A stretch of 64,000 bases of DNA from Thermoplasmata archaeon (GCA_014859835.1 JACZKW010000047.1:68794-132793); one strand, 5' to 3'. Positions 38,710 through 48,535 are shown, numbered from the stretch's first letter. Program-made: numbers and translations. The notes: generated from the letters alone by a model not told the origin.

Positions 38710-40590
38710 TCACACCTCCTCATCGAGAGCAGCTCTGGCTTCAGCGAGCAGCTGAGCATCAGTGTAATTCGTCATCGTTATCGCACCCTCCGGGCAGGTG
38801 GCGCCGCATGCACCGCAACCCTTGCACGCTGCGGCTATGGCCTCAACCAGGCCTTTGTCGTTCTTTCTCAACGCGCCATACGGGCAGACAGCGATACAAG
38901 TACCACAGCCAGTGCACTTGGTCTCGTCCACGACTGATGTCAGCGCCTCGGCCTGCACATACCCTTTCGCCATCGGTATGGCTGCCCTGGATGCCGCCGC
39001 GGCACCCTGTATGGCGCATTCTGAGATGTCTGCCGGGCCCTTGCAGGTCCCGCAGACATATATGCCATCGGTCGCGAAGTCCACCGGCCTGAGCTTGACA
39101 TGCGCTTCCAGGAAGAACCCTTCCTGGCCCAGCGGGACCTTGAGCAGCTTCGACAGGTCTCCAGCATCGGGCTGAGCGACCAACGGGGTCGACAATATGA
39201 CCATGTCGACCGGCATGGTCCTCTCAAGCTTGAGCGTCTCATGGAAGTAAGTCACCTTCAACTGGTTGTCTTCCATGAACACCTTGGGGAGGTTCTCGGT
39301 CGTGTATCTCACGAACTTGACCCTCTTCTCCCTGGCCTTGTTGTAGTTGAGCTCATGCTCAACTCCGTATGCCATGACGTCCCTGTTGAACACGGTGACC
39401 TCGATCTTCTCGGACGGGCCTAGCTTCACCTCTTCGGCATCGCTCTCGCCCTCGGTTCCTCGGCTGCGTCTCCTGCGCCTGCGCTCGAGGATCTCGTCCG
39501 TCGCCTTCTTCTCGACCGGGATCTTGTCGACTACGGTGCCCTGCTTCTCGGCCAGTCCTAGCATGTTCTCGTAGTTGTCGACGATATTGATCGCGTTCTT
39601 GATCGCCACATTGCAGCAGATCCTGGAGCAGTAGCTGAGCTTCTGTCCCCTTGACCCGACACATTGTACGAACGCGACGCTCTTCAGTTTCGGGAGGGTC
39701 TTCTTCTTGCACAGTATCTCGAACTCAGTCAGGGTGACCACGTTCGGGAACTGGTTGTAGCCGTACAATCCCTCGGGGACGTACTCGAGCGCGCCCGTCG
39801 CCACTATGATCGTGCCGACCTTGATCTTCTTGTCCTCGGCGCCCTTGTGGCCAATCACGACCTCGTAGTTCCCTATGAATCCTTCAACGCTCTTCAGCAT
39901 CGAGTTGGTGTATACTGTTATGTTCTTGTGTTCGCTGACCTTCTTGATCAATGGGACGATCGTCTCCTCGGCTCCCTTGTCTGTGACATAAAGGTTGTTC
40001 AGGAGCTTGACGAACCCTCCGAGTTCGCCGTCCCTCTCGACGAGGTGCACGGGGAATCCCATGTCCGCCATGGACAGGGCAGCGGACATCCCGCTGACTC
40101 CGCCACCCACGACCAGGGCGACCGACTCCACATCGACCCTGACCTCTTCCTGGGGCACGAGCAACCTTGCCCGGGAAACGCCCATCCTTATGAGGTCCTT
40201 GGCCTTGACCGTCGCCTTGTCCTTCTCCTTCATGTGGACCCAGGAACAGTGTTCACGTATGTTCACGAATGTAAACAGGTACTTGTTCAATCCAGCGGAC
40301 TCGCAGGTCGCCTGGAACAGCGGCGCGTGCGTCCTCGGAGTGCAGCTCGCCACTATGACCCTGTTCAGGTTGTGCTTCCTGATGGCCTCCCTTATGCTGC
40401 TGAGGCCGTCCTCGGCACAGGTGTACAGGTTGTCATTCGCGTAGACCACATCGGGCAAGGTCTTCGCGTACTCCGCGACGGTCGGAACATCGACGAACCC
40501 GCCTATGTTCGAACCGCAGTGGCAGACGAACACGCCTATCCTCGGCTTATCACTCTGGATCGCTTCCTTGTTCTCGGCCATCTGAATCAT
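38710..40590 (-). CDS. hdrA: HdrA-like protein (complete-HdrA unit; second half of a split double HdrA)
   Basis: …IGVFVCHCGSNIGGFVD…ASCTPRTHAP…EHCSWVH…, FAD motif ALVVGGGVSGMSAALSMA, C-terminal CTGCGTCIAVCP…CKGCGACGATCP. Contains an Arg-rich/acidic insertion ERRRRRRSRGTEGESDAEE. Confidence 0.8.
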   Translation of the reverse strand: MIQMAENKEAIQSDKPRIGVFVCHCGSNIGGFVDVPTVAEYAKTLPDVVYANDNLYTCAEDGLSSIREAIRKHNLNRVIVASCTPRTHAPLFQATCESAGLNKYLFTFVNIREHCSWVHMKEKDKATVKAKDLIRMGVSRARLLVPQEEVRVDVESVALVVGGGVSGMSAALSMADMGFPVHLVERDGELGGFVKLLNNLYVTDKGAEETIVPLIKKVSEHKNITVYTNSMLKSVEGFIGNYEVVIGHKGAEDKKIKVGTIIVATGALEYVPEGLYGYNQFPNVVTLTEFEILCKKKTLPKLKSVAFVQCVGSRGQKLSYCSRICCNVAIKNAINIVDNYENMLGLAEKQGTVVDKIPVEKKATDEILERRRRRRSRGTEGESDAEEVKLGPSEKIEVTVFNRDVMAYGVEHELNYNKAREKRVKFVRYTTENLPKVFMEDNQLKVTYFHETLKLERTMPVDMVILSTPLVAQPDAGDLSKLLKVPLGQEGFFLEAHVKLRPVDFATDGIYVCGTCKGPADISECAIQGAAAASRAAIPMAKGYVQAEALTSVVDETKCTGCGTCIAVCPYGALRKNDKGLVEAIAAACKGCGACGATCPEGAITMTNYTDAQLLAEARAALDEEV

Positions 40591-41885
40591 CCCCCTCCTG
40601 CCTGCATGAGCGCTTCGACCGCCTTCGCCGCCGCGCTCGAGCCCTGAGCGACCGACTCGGGTATGTCCGCCGGGCCGGCGCAGTATCCTGCCAGGTATAT
40701 CCCAGAGACCACGGTTCTGCCGGGTCCGAGGATCCTGTCAGAGGATTCCAGGAACCCGAATTCGTCCTGCTTCAGGCCCAGTATCTTGGCGAGCTCGGCG
40801 GTCTCCTTCTTCGGCACGAGGGTGGTCGCGAGGACGACTAGGTCGAACTCCTCGGACTGCTGCCTCCCACCGACATCGTACACCACCAATGGGTTATGGG
40901 TGTCAGGGTTCTCCTGGACCGTGGCGTCCGAGTTGATGTATCTGACGCTGTAGTCCCTCTTCGCCCGCTCGACGTATTCGTAGAATCCCTTCGAGCAGGC
41001 CCTCATATCCTTGTAGAATATCGTGGATTCGATATCGTCATAATGCTCCTTGGCGAGCATGGCCTCCTTGGTGGAGTGCATGCAACACACGGAGCAGCAG
41101 TAGGGATGCCCTACCTGCGGGTTGCGTGAGCCGACGCACTGTATGAATCCGATCTTCTTCGGCCTCTCTCCGTCAGACCGCCTCTGTATATGTCCATGTG
41201 TCGGGCCGGCCGCGTTGATCATCCTCTCATATTCCATCGCGGTGAACACGTTGGGGTATCGGCCATACCCGTACTCGGAGGACGGTGTCGGGTCCCAGAC
41301 ATCGAAACCGGTCGCGACTATTATCGAACCGACCTCGAACTCGAGTATCTGGTCCTTCATCTCATAGTTGATGGCCTCTCTCTTGCAGGCCTTCATGCAG
41401 TTACCGCACTTGCCCTTGGTCAGCATGAGACAGTTGTCCTTGTCGATGGTCATCACTCTGGGCACGGCCTGCATGAAGGGGACGTATATCGCCTTCCTCT
41501 TCGTCAGTCCCATCTCCCAGTCGCTCACGACCTTGCTCGGGCACTTCTCGAGGCATTCTCCACAGCCAGTACACTTGGACTCGTCCACGAACCTGGCCTT
41601 CTTGAGCACCTTCACCTTGAAGTCGCCCACGCTTCCTTCCACCCCGATCACTTCAGCGTAAGTTATCACGTTGGTGTTCGGGTGGCTGAAGCAGTCAGCC
41701 ATCTTCGGTGCAAGGATGCAGATCGAGCAGTCGTTCGTCGGGAATGTTTTGTCCAGTTGTGCCATTCTTCCGCCTATGCTGGGCGTCTTCTCAACCAGAT
41801 GGACAATTATTCCCTTGTCCGCGAGGTCCAGAGCCGCCTGTATTCCAGCGACTCCTCCTCCAATCACCATAACAGCCTTTTCCAT
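40587..41885 (-). CDS. hdrA: HdrA-like protein (FAD/ferredoxin unit lacking the HdrA N-domain; first half of a split double HdrA)
   Basis: VMVIGGGVAGIQAALDLA…MAQLDKTFPTNDCSIC… plus 4Fe-4S motifs. Collinear with the N-terminal halves of the 1013- and 1008-aa proteins. Confidence 0.8.
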   Translation of the reverse strand: MEKAVMVIGGGVAGIQAALDLADKGIIVHLVEKTPSIGGRMAQLDKTFPTNDCSICILAPKMADCFSHPNTNVITYAEVIGVEGSVGDFKVKVLKKARFVDESKCTGCGECLEKCPSKVVSDWEMGLTKRKAIYVPFMQAVPRVMTIDKDNCLMLTKGKCGNCMKACKREAINYEMKDQILEFEVGSIIVATGFDVWDPTPSSEYGYGRYPNVFTAMEYERMINAAGPTHGHIQRRSDGERPKKIGFIQCVGSRNPQVGHPYCCSVCCMHSTKEAMLAKEHYDDIESTIFYKDMRACSKGFYEYVERAKRDYSVRYINSDATVQENPDTHNPLVVYDVGGRQQSEEFDLVVLATTLVPKKETAELAKILGLKQDEFGFLESSDRILGPGRTVVSGIYLAGYCAGPADIPESVAQGSSAAAKAVEALMQAGGG

Positions 41886-42096
41886 TCAAAGACCTCCGAG
41901 AGTTTTCTAATACAAATTTCCGTCAACGGGTTCCACCCATCTTCGGCGATTCTTATGCTCCTGAACCTGATTTCGGTATCCGGGCTTTCATCCGTACTCC
42001 CTTCTCAATCTTATCTGTTTCGTTGAATGCGCGACGATTGTAGGCCATACTACTCTTGCATTCGTCCCTTTTTCGTCCCGCACTCGCCGATGTGCG

Positions 42097-42519
42097 CTAC
42101 TTCGCAATCACCTTCTTGACGTCAGCGCCCTTCTCGATCTCGGTCACCTTGACCTTGAATGGGACTTTCTTCTTCGCCTGTGCGTCGGCTCTGGCGAACC
42201 TCTGGCAGTTCGGATACGTGCACGGGGAGCACTTCTCATCCTTGCACGAGAGTTCCACGAGCAGCATCCTCTCTCTGGTGTCCTCCGGCTTCGTAACGGG
42301 CTTCCGGATCTCGAACATCTTGGACATCTTCGTCTCATATGGCTTCTTCTTGGGTTCGTACCTGGCGAACCTCTGACAGTTCGGGTACGTACACGGAGAA
42401 CACTTGGTGTCCTTGCAGGACAGTTCTATCAGCACGAACCTGTCGCCTACGTTCTTCGGCGAGTTCTCTCCCTTGCCCCCCTTCGTATCTGCCTTCTTGG
42501 TCGTGGTTTTTGGAATCAT
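42097..42519 (-). CDS. Small Lys-rich protein with duplicated C-x4-C-x2-C-x4-C motif (putative metal-binding), unknown function
   Basis: Two about 60-aa repeats, each containing L(I/V)ELSCKD(T/E)KCSPCTYPNCQRFAR. The repeats are also recognisable at DNA level with mostly synonymous differences. Confidence 0.5.
   Translation of the reverse strand: MIPKTTTKKADTKGGKGENSPKNVGDRFVLIELSCKDTKCSPCTYPNCQRFARYEPKKKPYETKMSKMFEIRKPVTKPEDTRERMLLVELSCKDEKCSPCTYPNCQRFARADAQAKKKVPFKVKVTEIEKGADVKKVIAK
42191..42425. repeat. Intragenic direct repeat (two about 65-nt copies, 42191-42255 and 42361-42425) encoding the duplicated Cys motif
   Basis: ctggcgaacctctgRcagttcggRtacgtRcacggRgaRcactt…ccttgcaSgaSagttc occurs twice, 170 nt apart. 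Confidence 0.6.
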
Positions 42520-42545
42520 CTTAACATCCCTTGAGATTAAAACCG

Positions 42546-44141
42546 CTACTCGAGCGAGTCAGCGATCGCGACAGTCAGGTCCTTTATCTTTATATCTATC
42601 TGCTCCTTGGGTACCAGGGTCTTGTTCTCCTGGGCGCACTTCAGATGGATGAGGCACTTGTAGCAGCCGGTCACGAGGCACTCGGCCCCCGTCTTCTTCG
42701 CCTCCTTCAGCCTCTCTACCTGCAACCTACGCGAAGTCTCGTCGCAGGTGGCCCACGCGCTCACACCACAGCATAATGCTTTGTCGCGGGTGTTCTCCAT
42801 CTCGACAATCTCGGTACCCTCCGAGGCTTTCAGGGCGTTCCTGGGCTGGTCGTAGATGTCCATGTGCCTTCCGAGCCTACACGAATCCTGGAAGGTCAGC
42901 TTCTGGGCGTTCTTCTTCAGTTTGAGCTTGCCTTCCTTGATCAGGTCGTCTATCAGCTGCGAGATGTGCACCATCTCGAAGTCCGCATCCCCCATCAGCT
43001 CTTGATAGTCGAGGTCGAAGGTGCGCAGGCATTCCGGGCACGAGAAAACGACCTTCTTGGCCCCAGAGGCCTTTATGACCTCGAGGTTCTTCTTCATCAG
43101 CTTCTGCATGGCCGCCTCGTCCCCGGTCCAGTTGAGGTCGTGCCCGCAGCAGACCTCATCGTTACTGACGACCGGGATAATACCCCCCTTATTCATTATC
43201 TTTACTGCAGCCTGGGGTATGCCAGAGAGGTCCAATTCCCGGTCCTTGAATATCGAGTCGAAGTATACCGCGCACCCCGTGAAGAAGAACACGTCACCCT
43301 TCTCGGCGATCTTGATATCATCCGTGACCCATCCCAGCCGGTTCTGCTTGAAGTCTCCGTGGGCCATGACCCGCATGACCCCTTGCATCAATCCGCCCTG
43401 GGAGCATACAGGCACGTTATCCAGCGAGCTCGCCTCGGTCCTCAAGCCCCTGATGAATCCCGAATAATCGACCTTGTACGGGCACATCGAATTGCATTGC
43501 TCACAGGTGACGCAGGTCCAGATGTCCTTGTCCGTCGAGAGCGTCTGCATCTGCCCCTCCGTAGCCTTAAGGACTATGGTCCTGGGCGCGAACTCCGTAT
43601 TGTACTTGGCGACCGGGCATACGGTCGTACACTTGCCGCACTCTACACAGTCGAACGCGCCCGTATCCTCGATCAGAGCATCTATCCTCTGCTTCAGGGT
43701 GATCGGGTCCTTGGTTGCCTTAGGGGCCTTCGGCATCGGGTTCGGCCCGAGCTTCCTGATCTGTTCTGTGAACTCCTTCATGGTCGCAGCGAACTTCTGC
43801 CCCTCTGATGCGGATATCCATTCCAATCGCATCCTGTCCTTGCCGATCCCGAGCCTGTCGAGGAGTTCCTTGACCGATTCCATGCGCTTCTCGGCCTCGA
43901 CGTTCCCGGAGATGTAATGACAATCGCCGATGTGGCATCCCGCAATCAGGATACCATCCGCGCCCAGTTCCAGTGCCCTGAGTATGAAGTATGGTTCAAC
44001 CCTCCCTGAGCACATGACCCTGATGATCCTGGCGTTGGGGGGATACTGCATCCTGCTCACGCCTGCCAGGTCCGCTCCTGCGTACGAGCACCAGTTGCAG
44101 CAGAAGGCCACTATGTTCGGCTCGAACTCCTTGCTGCTCAA
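42546..44141 (-). CDS. MvhD-HdrC-HdrB three-domain fusion (MvhD + HdrD-like)
   Basis: The N-terminus (…NIVAFCCNWCSYAGADLAGVSRMQYP…GCHIGDCHYISGN…) is MvhD. Two 4Fe-4S motifs follow (CVECGKCTTVCP and CVTCEQCNSMCP), then two CCG domains (…FFFTGCAVYF…CCGHDLNW…SCPEC… and …FQDSCRLGRH…LCCGVSAW…GCYKC…). Confidence 0.8.
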   Translation of the reverse strand: MSSKEFEPNIVAFCCNWCSYAGADLAGVSRMQYPPNARIIRVMCSGRVEPYFILRALELGADGILIAGCHIGDCHYISGNVEAEKRMESVKELLDRLGIGKDRMRLEWISASEGQKFAATMKEFTEQIRKLGPNPMPKAPKATKDPITLKQRIDALIEDTGAFDCVECGKCTTVCPVAKYNTEFAPRTIVLKATEGQMQTLSTDKDIWTCVTCEQCNSMCPYKVDYSGFIRGLRTEASSLDNVPVCSQGGLMQGVMRVMAHGDFKQNRLGWVTDDIKIAEKGDVFFFTGCAVYFDSIFKDRELDLSGIPQAAVKIMNKGGIIPVVSNDEVCCGHDLNWTGDEAAMQKLMKKNLEVIKASGAKKVVFSCPECLRTFDLDYQELMGDADFEMVHISQLIDDLIKEGKLKLKKNAQKLTFQDSCRLGRHMDIYDQPRNALKASEGTEIVEMENTRDKALCCGVSAWATCDETSRRLQVERLKEAKKTGAECLVTGCYKCLIHLKCAQENKTLVPKEQIDIKIKDLTVAIADSLE

Positions 44142-47100
44142 ACCTTCACCTCCTCGTCCTTGTCAGTCAAGAGGGCCTCGAGCATGGTCATTATCTGTTC
44201 GGACTTGAAGTGCTTGGGACTGATCGCCCGCGCACAGCATGCGACCGCGCAGGAGCCACAGCCCTTGCAGAGCGCCTCGTTAATCCTGGATTTGATCACT
44301 CCTGGGGATATCTCCTCGAGTCTCGGGGCGCCGTACTCGCACACATCCTCGCATCTGCCGCAGGCTATGCACCTCTCCTCGTTGACGACGCTCACGACCC
44401 CTTCGGCCTCTATGAACGGTTTGGACAGGACGGTGTTCACCCTTGCAGCTGCGGCCAGCGCCTGCGATATGCTCTCGTCGATCAATCTCGGTGAATGCGC
44501 GAGCCCGCAGAGGAAGATCCCGTCCGTCGCGAAATCGACCGGTCTCAGCTTCATGTGTGCCTCCAGGAAGAACCCCTCCTTGGTCAGCGGCACCTTCAGC
44601 AGCTGGGCAAGGTCCTTGTTGTCCGGGTTCGGCCGGACCGCGGCGTTTAGAACGAGATAGTCCGTTTTGATCGTCACGGTCTGCTCTATGAACTGTTCGT
44701 CGATCTCCACGACGATGTCCCCATTCGTCGCAACGACTCTGGGTGGAGATTCGGGATCGTATCGGAGGAAGATGACGCCAAGCCTGGCCGCTTCGTTGTA
44801 ATTCTCCTCTGCGAAACCGTAGGTCCTGATGTCTCTGTAGAGCACGAAGACATTCGTCTCGGGGTGCTCCTTCTTGATCTTCATCGCGTTCGCCATGGCG
44901 GTCGAACAGCATATCCTGGAGCAGTTCGGATACTCGTCGTTCCTCGAACCGACGCACTGGATTATCACGACATTGTCCGCCTTGAAATCTTTCTCGGCAA
45001 GCAGCTCTCCCAGATCCGTCTGCCTGATGACCTTCGGGTTCTTCCCGAACATGTACTCCACCGGCTCGTACTCCACACCACCGGTGGCCACGACGATGGC
45101 GCCGTGCTTGAACTTCTCTCCGCTCTTGAGAGTGGTCTCGAAATTGCCGATATATCCCTTTATCTCCGAGGCGGTCTCGTTGAGGTAGGTCTTGATGTTC
45201 TTGTGTTCTGCTATTTCCTTCTCGAGCTGTTCGAAAGTCTTCTGGGGGTCGACTCCCGAGAGTGTATGATGTATCCGTCTCAGATGCCCACCCAGCTGCT
45301 TCTCCTTTTCCACCAGGTGCACCTCGAAGCCGGAATTCGCTATCTCTAGGGTCGCGGTCATGCCGCTCAGACCTCCGCCGATGACCAGCGCTGACGGTGT
45401 GACGGGTATCTTGGGTTGAGGTAGAGGCTCAAGCATCGCCGCTTTCGCTACCGCCATGCGCACAAGGTCCTTCGCTTTCGCGGTCGCTTTCACCGGTTCC
45501 AACCGGTGCACCCAAGAGCACTGGTCCCTGATGTTGGCCATCTCGAAAAGGTACTTGTTCAGCCCCGCCTCCTTGACCGTGTTCTGGAACAGCGGCTCGT
45601 GAGTCCTCGGCGTACAGCTCGCGACGACCACCCTGTTCAGGTCGTGTTTCTCGACGACCTCCTTGATCTTCTTCTGAGTGTCCTGTGAGCATGTGTAAAG
45701 GTTACGTTCGACGTAGACCACGCCAGGCAAGGTCGCTGCATATTCGACTACCTCCGGCACGTTCACCACAGAACCGATGTTTATGCCGCAATGGCAGACG
45801 AACACGCCTATCCTGGGTTCCTTGCCGGAGACATCCCTCTCCTGTGGATACTCCTTCTTGGTGACCAGCTTGCCCCGCTCATCCGACAGTAACGCTGCCA
45901 CCTTCCCCGCAGCGCCGCTGGCTTGAGCGATCGAGTCTGGAATGTCCTTCGGGCCAGAGAACGCGCCGCACACGAATATCCCGGGGACGGATGTCGACAC
46001 AGGGGTCAGATCGTCAGTCTCGCAGAACCCGAACTTGTTCAGGTTGAGTCCGAATATCTTTGCCATATTGCCAGTGGATTCCGGGGGCCTCGCGCCCGCA
46101 GAGAGCACGACCAGGTCGAACACCTCCTCTCGAATGTCCGGACCCTCGAGATAGCTGAGCATGAGGTTGTTCGTCTCCGGGTCCTCCTGGACCTTTGATA
46201 TACGGTTGTTCCTCAGGACCCTCACGCCGTATTCGTTCTCCGCTCTCATCAGGTATTCCTCGAACTCCTTGCCGAAAGCCCGAGTGTCCATGAAGAATAT
46301 CGCAGTGTCCAGCCCCTGGACATGCTCCTTGCCTATGACCGCCTGCTTCAGGGCGGCCATGCAACAGTATGATGAACAATAGGTATTGGATGTCTGCGCG
46401 TCCCTCGAGCCGACACACTGTATGAACGCGATCTTCTTGGGCACATCCCCATCCGAAGGCCGGATCACGTGTCCCTCCGTCGGACCAGACGCGCTGAGCA
46501 TCCTCTCGAACTCTATGTTCGAGAGCACATTATGGAATACGCCGTGCCCGTACTCGATCTTCTTCGACGAATCGTAGACGTCGTATCCGGGGCTCAGGAT
46601 GATGGCGCCCACCTCGATCATCTCTTCCTTGTCCAGCTCATCGGAGTAATTGATCGCCTTCGCCTCGCAGAATCTGTCACAGACCCCGCATCCGATGCAC
46701 AGTCCCTTGTCTATAGTGTATACTAAGGGCACAGCCTGCGGGAACGGGACATAGATCGCCTTTGCCGGTGCCAAGTCCCTATCAAAGGCGTTGGCCCCTT
46801 CGATCGGGCAGTGTTCGGCGCACACTCCGCAGCCAGTGCACTTCTCTTCGATTATGAACCTGGACCTACGCGATAGCTTGACCTTGAAATCACCCGTTTT
46901 GCCCTCGATGCCCTTGAGCTCCGCGTTGGTGATCATCGTGATGTTCTCATGCCTCCCTGTCGCGACCAGCTTCGGGGAGATGATGCACATCGAGCAATCG
47001 TTCGTGGGGAAGGTCTTGTCCAACTGTGCCATCGTGCCGCCTATGCTGAGCCCGGATTCGAGTATGTACACCTTGAACCCGGAATCGGCCAGATCCAGCG

Positions 47101-47164
47101 CCGCCTGCATCCCTGCGGGACCGCCTCCGACCACGAGCACGGCCCCAACTTTTCTATCTGCCAT
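44138..47164 (-). CDS. hdrA: Long (1008 aa) tandem-fused HdrA, paralog of 34835-37876
   Basis: VLVVGGGPAGMQAALDLA at the N-terminus. An internal HdrA N-domain (…IGVFVCHCGINIGSVVN…ASCTPRTHEP…DQCSWVH…) and a second FAD motif ALVIGGGLSGMTATLEIA. Collinear with the other long HdrA. Confidence 0.85.
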   Translation of the reverse strand: MADRKVGAVLVVGGGPAGMQAALDLADSGFKVYILESGLSIGGTMAQLDKTFPTNDCSMCIISPKLVATGRHENITMITNAELKGIEGKTGDFKVKLSRRSRFIIEEKCTGCGVCAEHCPIEGANAFDRDLAPAKAIYVPFPQAVPLVYTIDKGLCIGCGVCDRFCEAKAINYSDELDKEEMIEVGAIILSPGYDVYDSSKKIEYGHGVFHNVLSNIEFERMLSASGPTEGHVIRPSDGDVPKKIAFIQCVGSRDAQTSNTYCSSYCCMAALKQAVIGKEHVQGLDTAIFFMDTRAFGKEFEEYLMRAENEYGVRVLRNNRISKVQEDPETNNLMLSYLEGPDIREEVFDLVVLSAGARPPESTGNMAKIFGLNLNKFGFCETDDLTPVSTSVPGIFVCGAFSGPKDIPDSIAQASGAAGKVAALLSDERGKLVTKKEYPQERDVSGKEPRIGVFVCHCGINIGSVVNVPEVVEYAATLPGVVYVERNLYTCSQDTQKKIKEVVEKHDLNRVVVASCTPRTHEPLFQNTVKEAGLNKYLFEMANIRDQCSWVHRLEPVKATAKAKDLVRMAVAKAAMLEPLPQPKIPVTPSALVIGGGLSGMTATLEIANSGFEVHLVEKEKQLGGHLRRIHHTLSGVDPQKTFEQLEKEIAEHKNIKTYLNETASEIKGYIGNFETTLKSGEKFKHGAIVVATGGVEYEPVEYMFGKNPKVIRQTDLGELLAEKDFKADNVVIIQCVGSRNDEYPNCSRICCSTAMANAMKIKKEHPETNVFVLYRDIRTYGFAEENYNEAARLGVIFLRYDPESPPRVVATNGDIVVEIDEQFIEQTVTIKTDYLVLNAAVRPNPDNKDLAQLLKVPLTKEGFFLEAHMKLRPVDFATDGIFLCGLAHSPRLIDESISQALAAAARVNTVLSKPFIEAEGVVSVVNEERCIACGRCEDVCEYGAPRLEEISPGVIKSRINEALCKGCGSCAVACCARAISPKHFKSEQIMTMLEALLTDKDEEVKV

Positions 47165-47165
47165 G

Positions 47166-47615
47166 TCAAACGTCCTCCTCGCACAACGGTCCGAGCCTCT
47201 CCAGCTCTGCCACCATCTTCTTTACGACGTCTGCGAACTTCTGTCCCTCTGAGCCAGCGATCCATTCTATTCGGAATCTCTGGTCCTCTATGCCCGCGTC
47301 TTCGAGGAATTCTGACAGGAAGTCTCCTCTCATCGCCGCCTTCTCGTTGCCGTTTATGTAATGGCAATCCGCTGGATGGCATCCTGCGACGATCACACCG
47401 TCCGCACCCAGCTCGAATGCCTTCAGCACGAAGGCCGGATCGACTCTTCCCGAGCACATGACTCTGATTATCCTGACATTTGACGGATACTGCAATCTGC
47501 TCACGCCCGCCAGGTCAGCTCCTGCATACGAGCACCAGTTGCAGCAGAATGCGATGATCTTGGGCTCGTGAGTCTTCTCTGTGCTCTGAGCATCCTTGGT
47601 GACTGGTCCGCTCAT
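47166..47615 (-). CDS. mvhD: MvhD; track ORF extends upstream to 47951 across the hdrB 3' end, but an ATG at 47615 with a GGGGGG SD follows the hdrB stop
   Basis: …KIIAFCCNWCSYAGADLAGVSRLQYP…RVMCSGRVDP…GCHPADCHYINGN…. Confidence 0.8.
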   Translation of the reverse strand: MSGPVTKDAQSTEKTHEPKIIAFCCNWCSYAGADLAGVSRLQYPSNVRIIRVMCSGRVDPAFVLKAFELGADGVIVAGCHPADCHYINGNEKAAMRGDFLSEFLEDAGIEDQRFRIEWIAGSEGQKFADVVKKMVAELERLGPLCEEDV

Positions 47616-47617
47616 GT

Positions 47618-48535
47618 TCACGCCCCCCTGAGCTTCCTCAGCAGTGAATGGGCGGACACGTGATGCGTATCGAAGCCCAGCGAGATCGGGTCTATGCCCA
47701 TCGAGAGTGCCTGGAGCTGTGATACATGCATGACCGGGATGCCATCCTTCGTGAAGGTCTTCTGCGCGTTGTCGAACTGAAGGAGGCAGAACGGGCATCC
47801 AGTGACGATGCAGTCTGCGCCGACTGCCGAAATGTTCTTGCACTTGTCCTCCGTGAGCGAGTTGGCGAGATCGACGACGTGGGATCTCACACCACCTCCC
47901 GCGCCGCAGCAATCCAACTTGTCCTCGTAATCCACGGATGTCGCGCCGCACGCCTCGACGATCTGGTCGAGGAGCACGGGGTTGTTCGGATCATCTATCG
48001 TTTGATTCTCCGTCGGTCGCAGGTAATGACATCCATAATGCACGGCCACGGTGATGTTATTCAGGGGTTTCTTGACCTTGCTGGCTATGGCCTCCAGACC
48101 TATGTCTCTGGCCATCACATCGATATAGTGGCGTACCTTGACTGGTTCGAAAATCTTCCTCCTTCCCTCGGTCTTCCTGGGCACGCCAGTATATTTCTTA
48201 CCTATCTGGGCGAGCACACGGTTCACCCTGCCCATGGCCTTCGGATCCTGGAGGTACTCCGTGGCTTTGAGGAGGGAGGTGAGGCAGCCGTTGCATACGG
48301 TCATGATGTCCCTTCGCTCCTCCTGGGCAAGTACGAGGTTCCTCGCGGCCAGCAGAAGCCATGTGTTCTTGTCGGTGGAGTAGAATATCCCTGGGACCGG
48401 GCAGCAAGAGAACTCTGGCATGTCCATCACGTCGAGGTCGAAGCCCTCTTTTCCACAGACCCACCTCACTGCATATTCGATGCCAGGATATCTGTTCGGT
48501 ATGACGCAACCGAAGAAGTACGCGTAAGGGGTCAT
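47618..48535 (-). CDS. hdrB: Heterodisulfide reductase subunit B
   Basis: Two CCG domains (…FFGCVIP…FSCCPVPG… and …HYGCHYL…LDCCGAGGG…GCPFC…). Confidence 0.9.
   Translation of the reverse strand: MTPYAYFFGCVIPNRYPGIEYAVRWVCGKEGFDLDVMDMPEFSCCPVPGIFYSTDKNTWLLLAARNLVLAQEERRDIMTVCNGCLTSLLKATEYLQDPKAMGRVNRVLAQIGKKYTGVPRKTEGRRKIFEPVKVRHYIDVMARDIGLEAIASKVKKPLNNITVAVHYGCHYLRPTENQTIDDPNNPVLLDQIVEACGATSVDYEDKLDCCGAGGGVRSHVVDLANSLTEDKCKNISAVGADCIVTGCPFCLLQFDNAQKTFTKDGIPVMHVSQLQALSMGIDPISLGFDTHHVSAHSLLRKLRGA

Noticed and set aside
47616-47951. N-terminal extension of the track ORF containing mvhD
   Set aside because: It overlaps the hdrB 3' end. An ATG with a G-rich SD sits right after the hdrB stop, giving a normal 149-aa MvhD.
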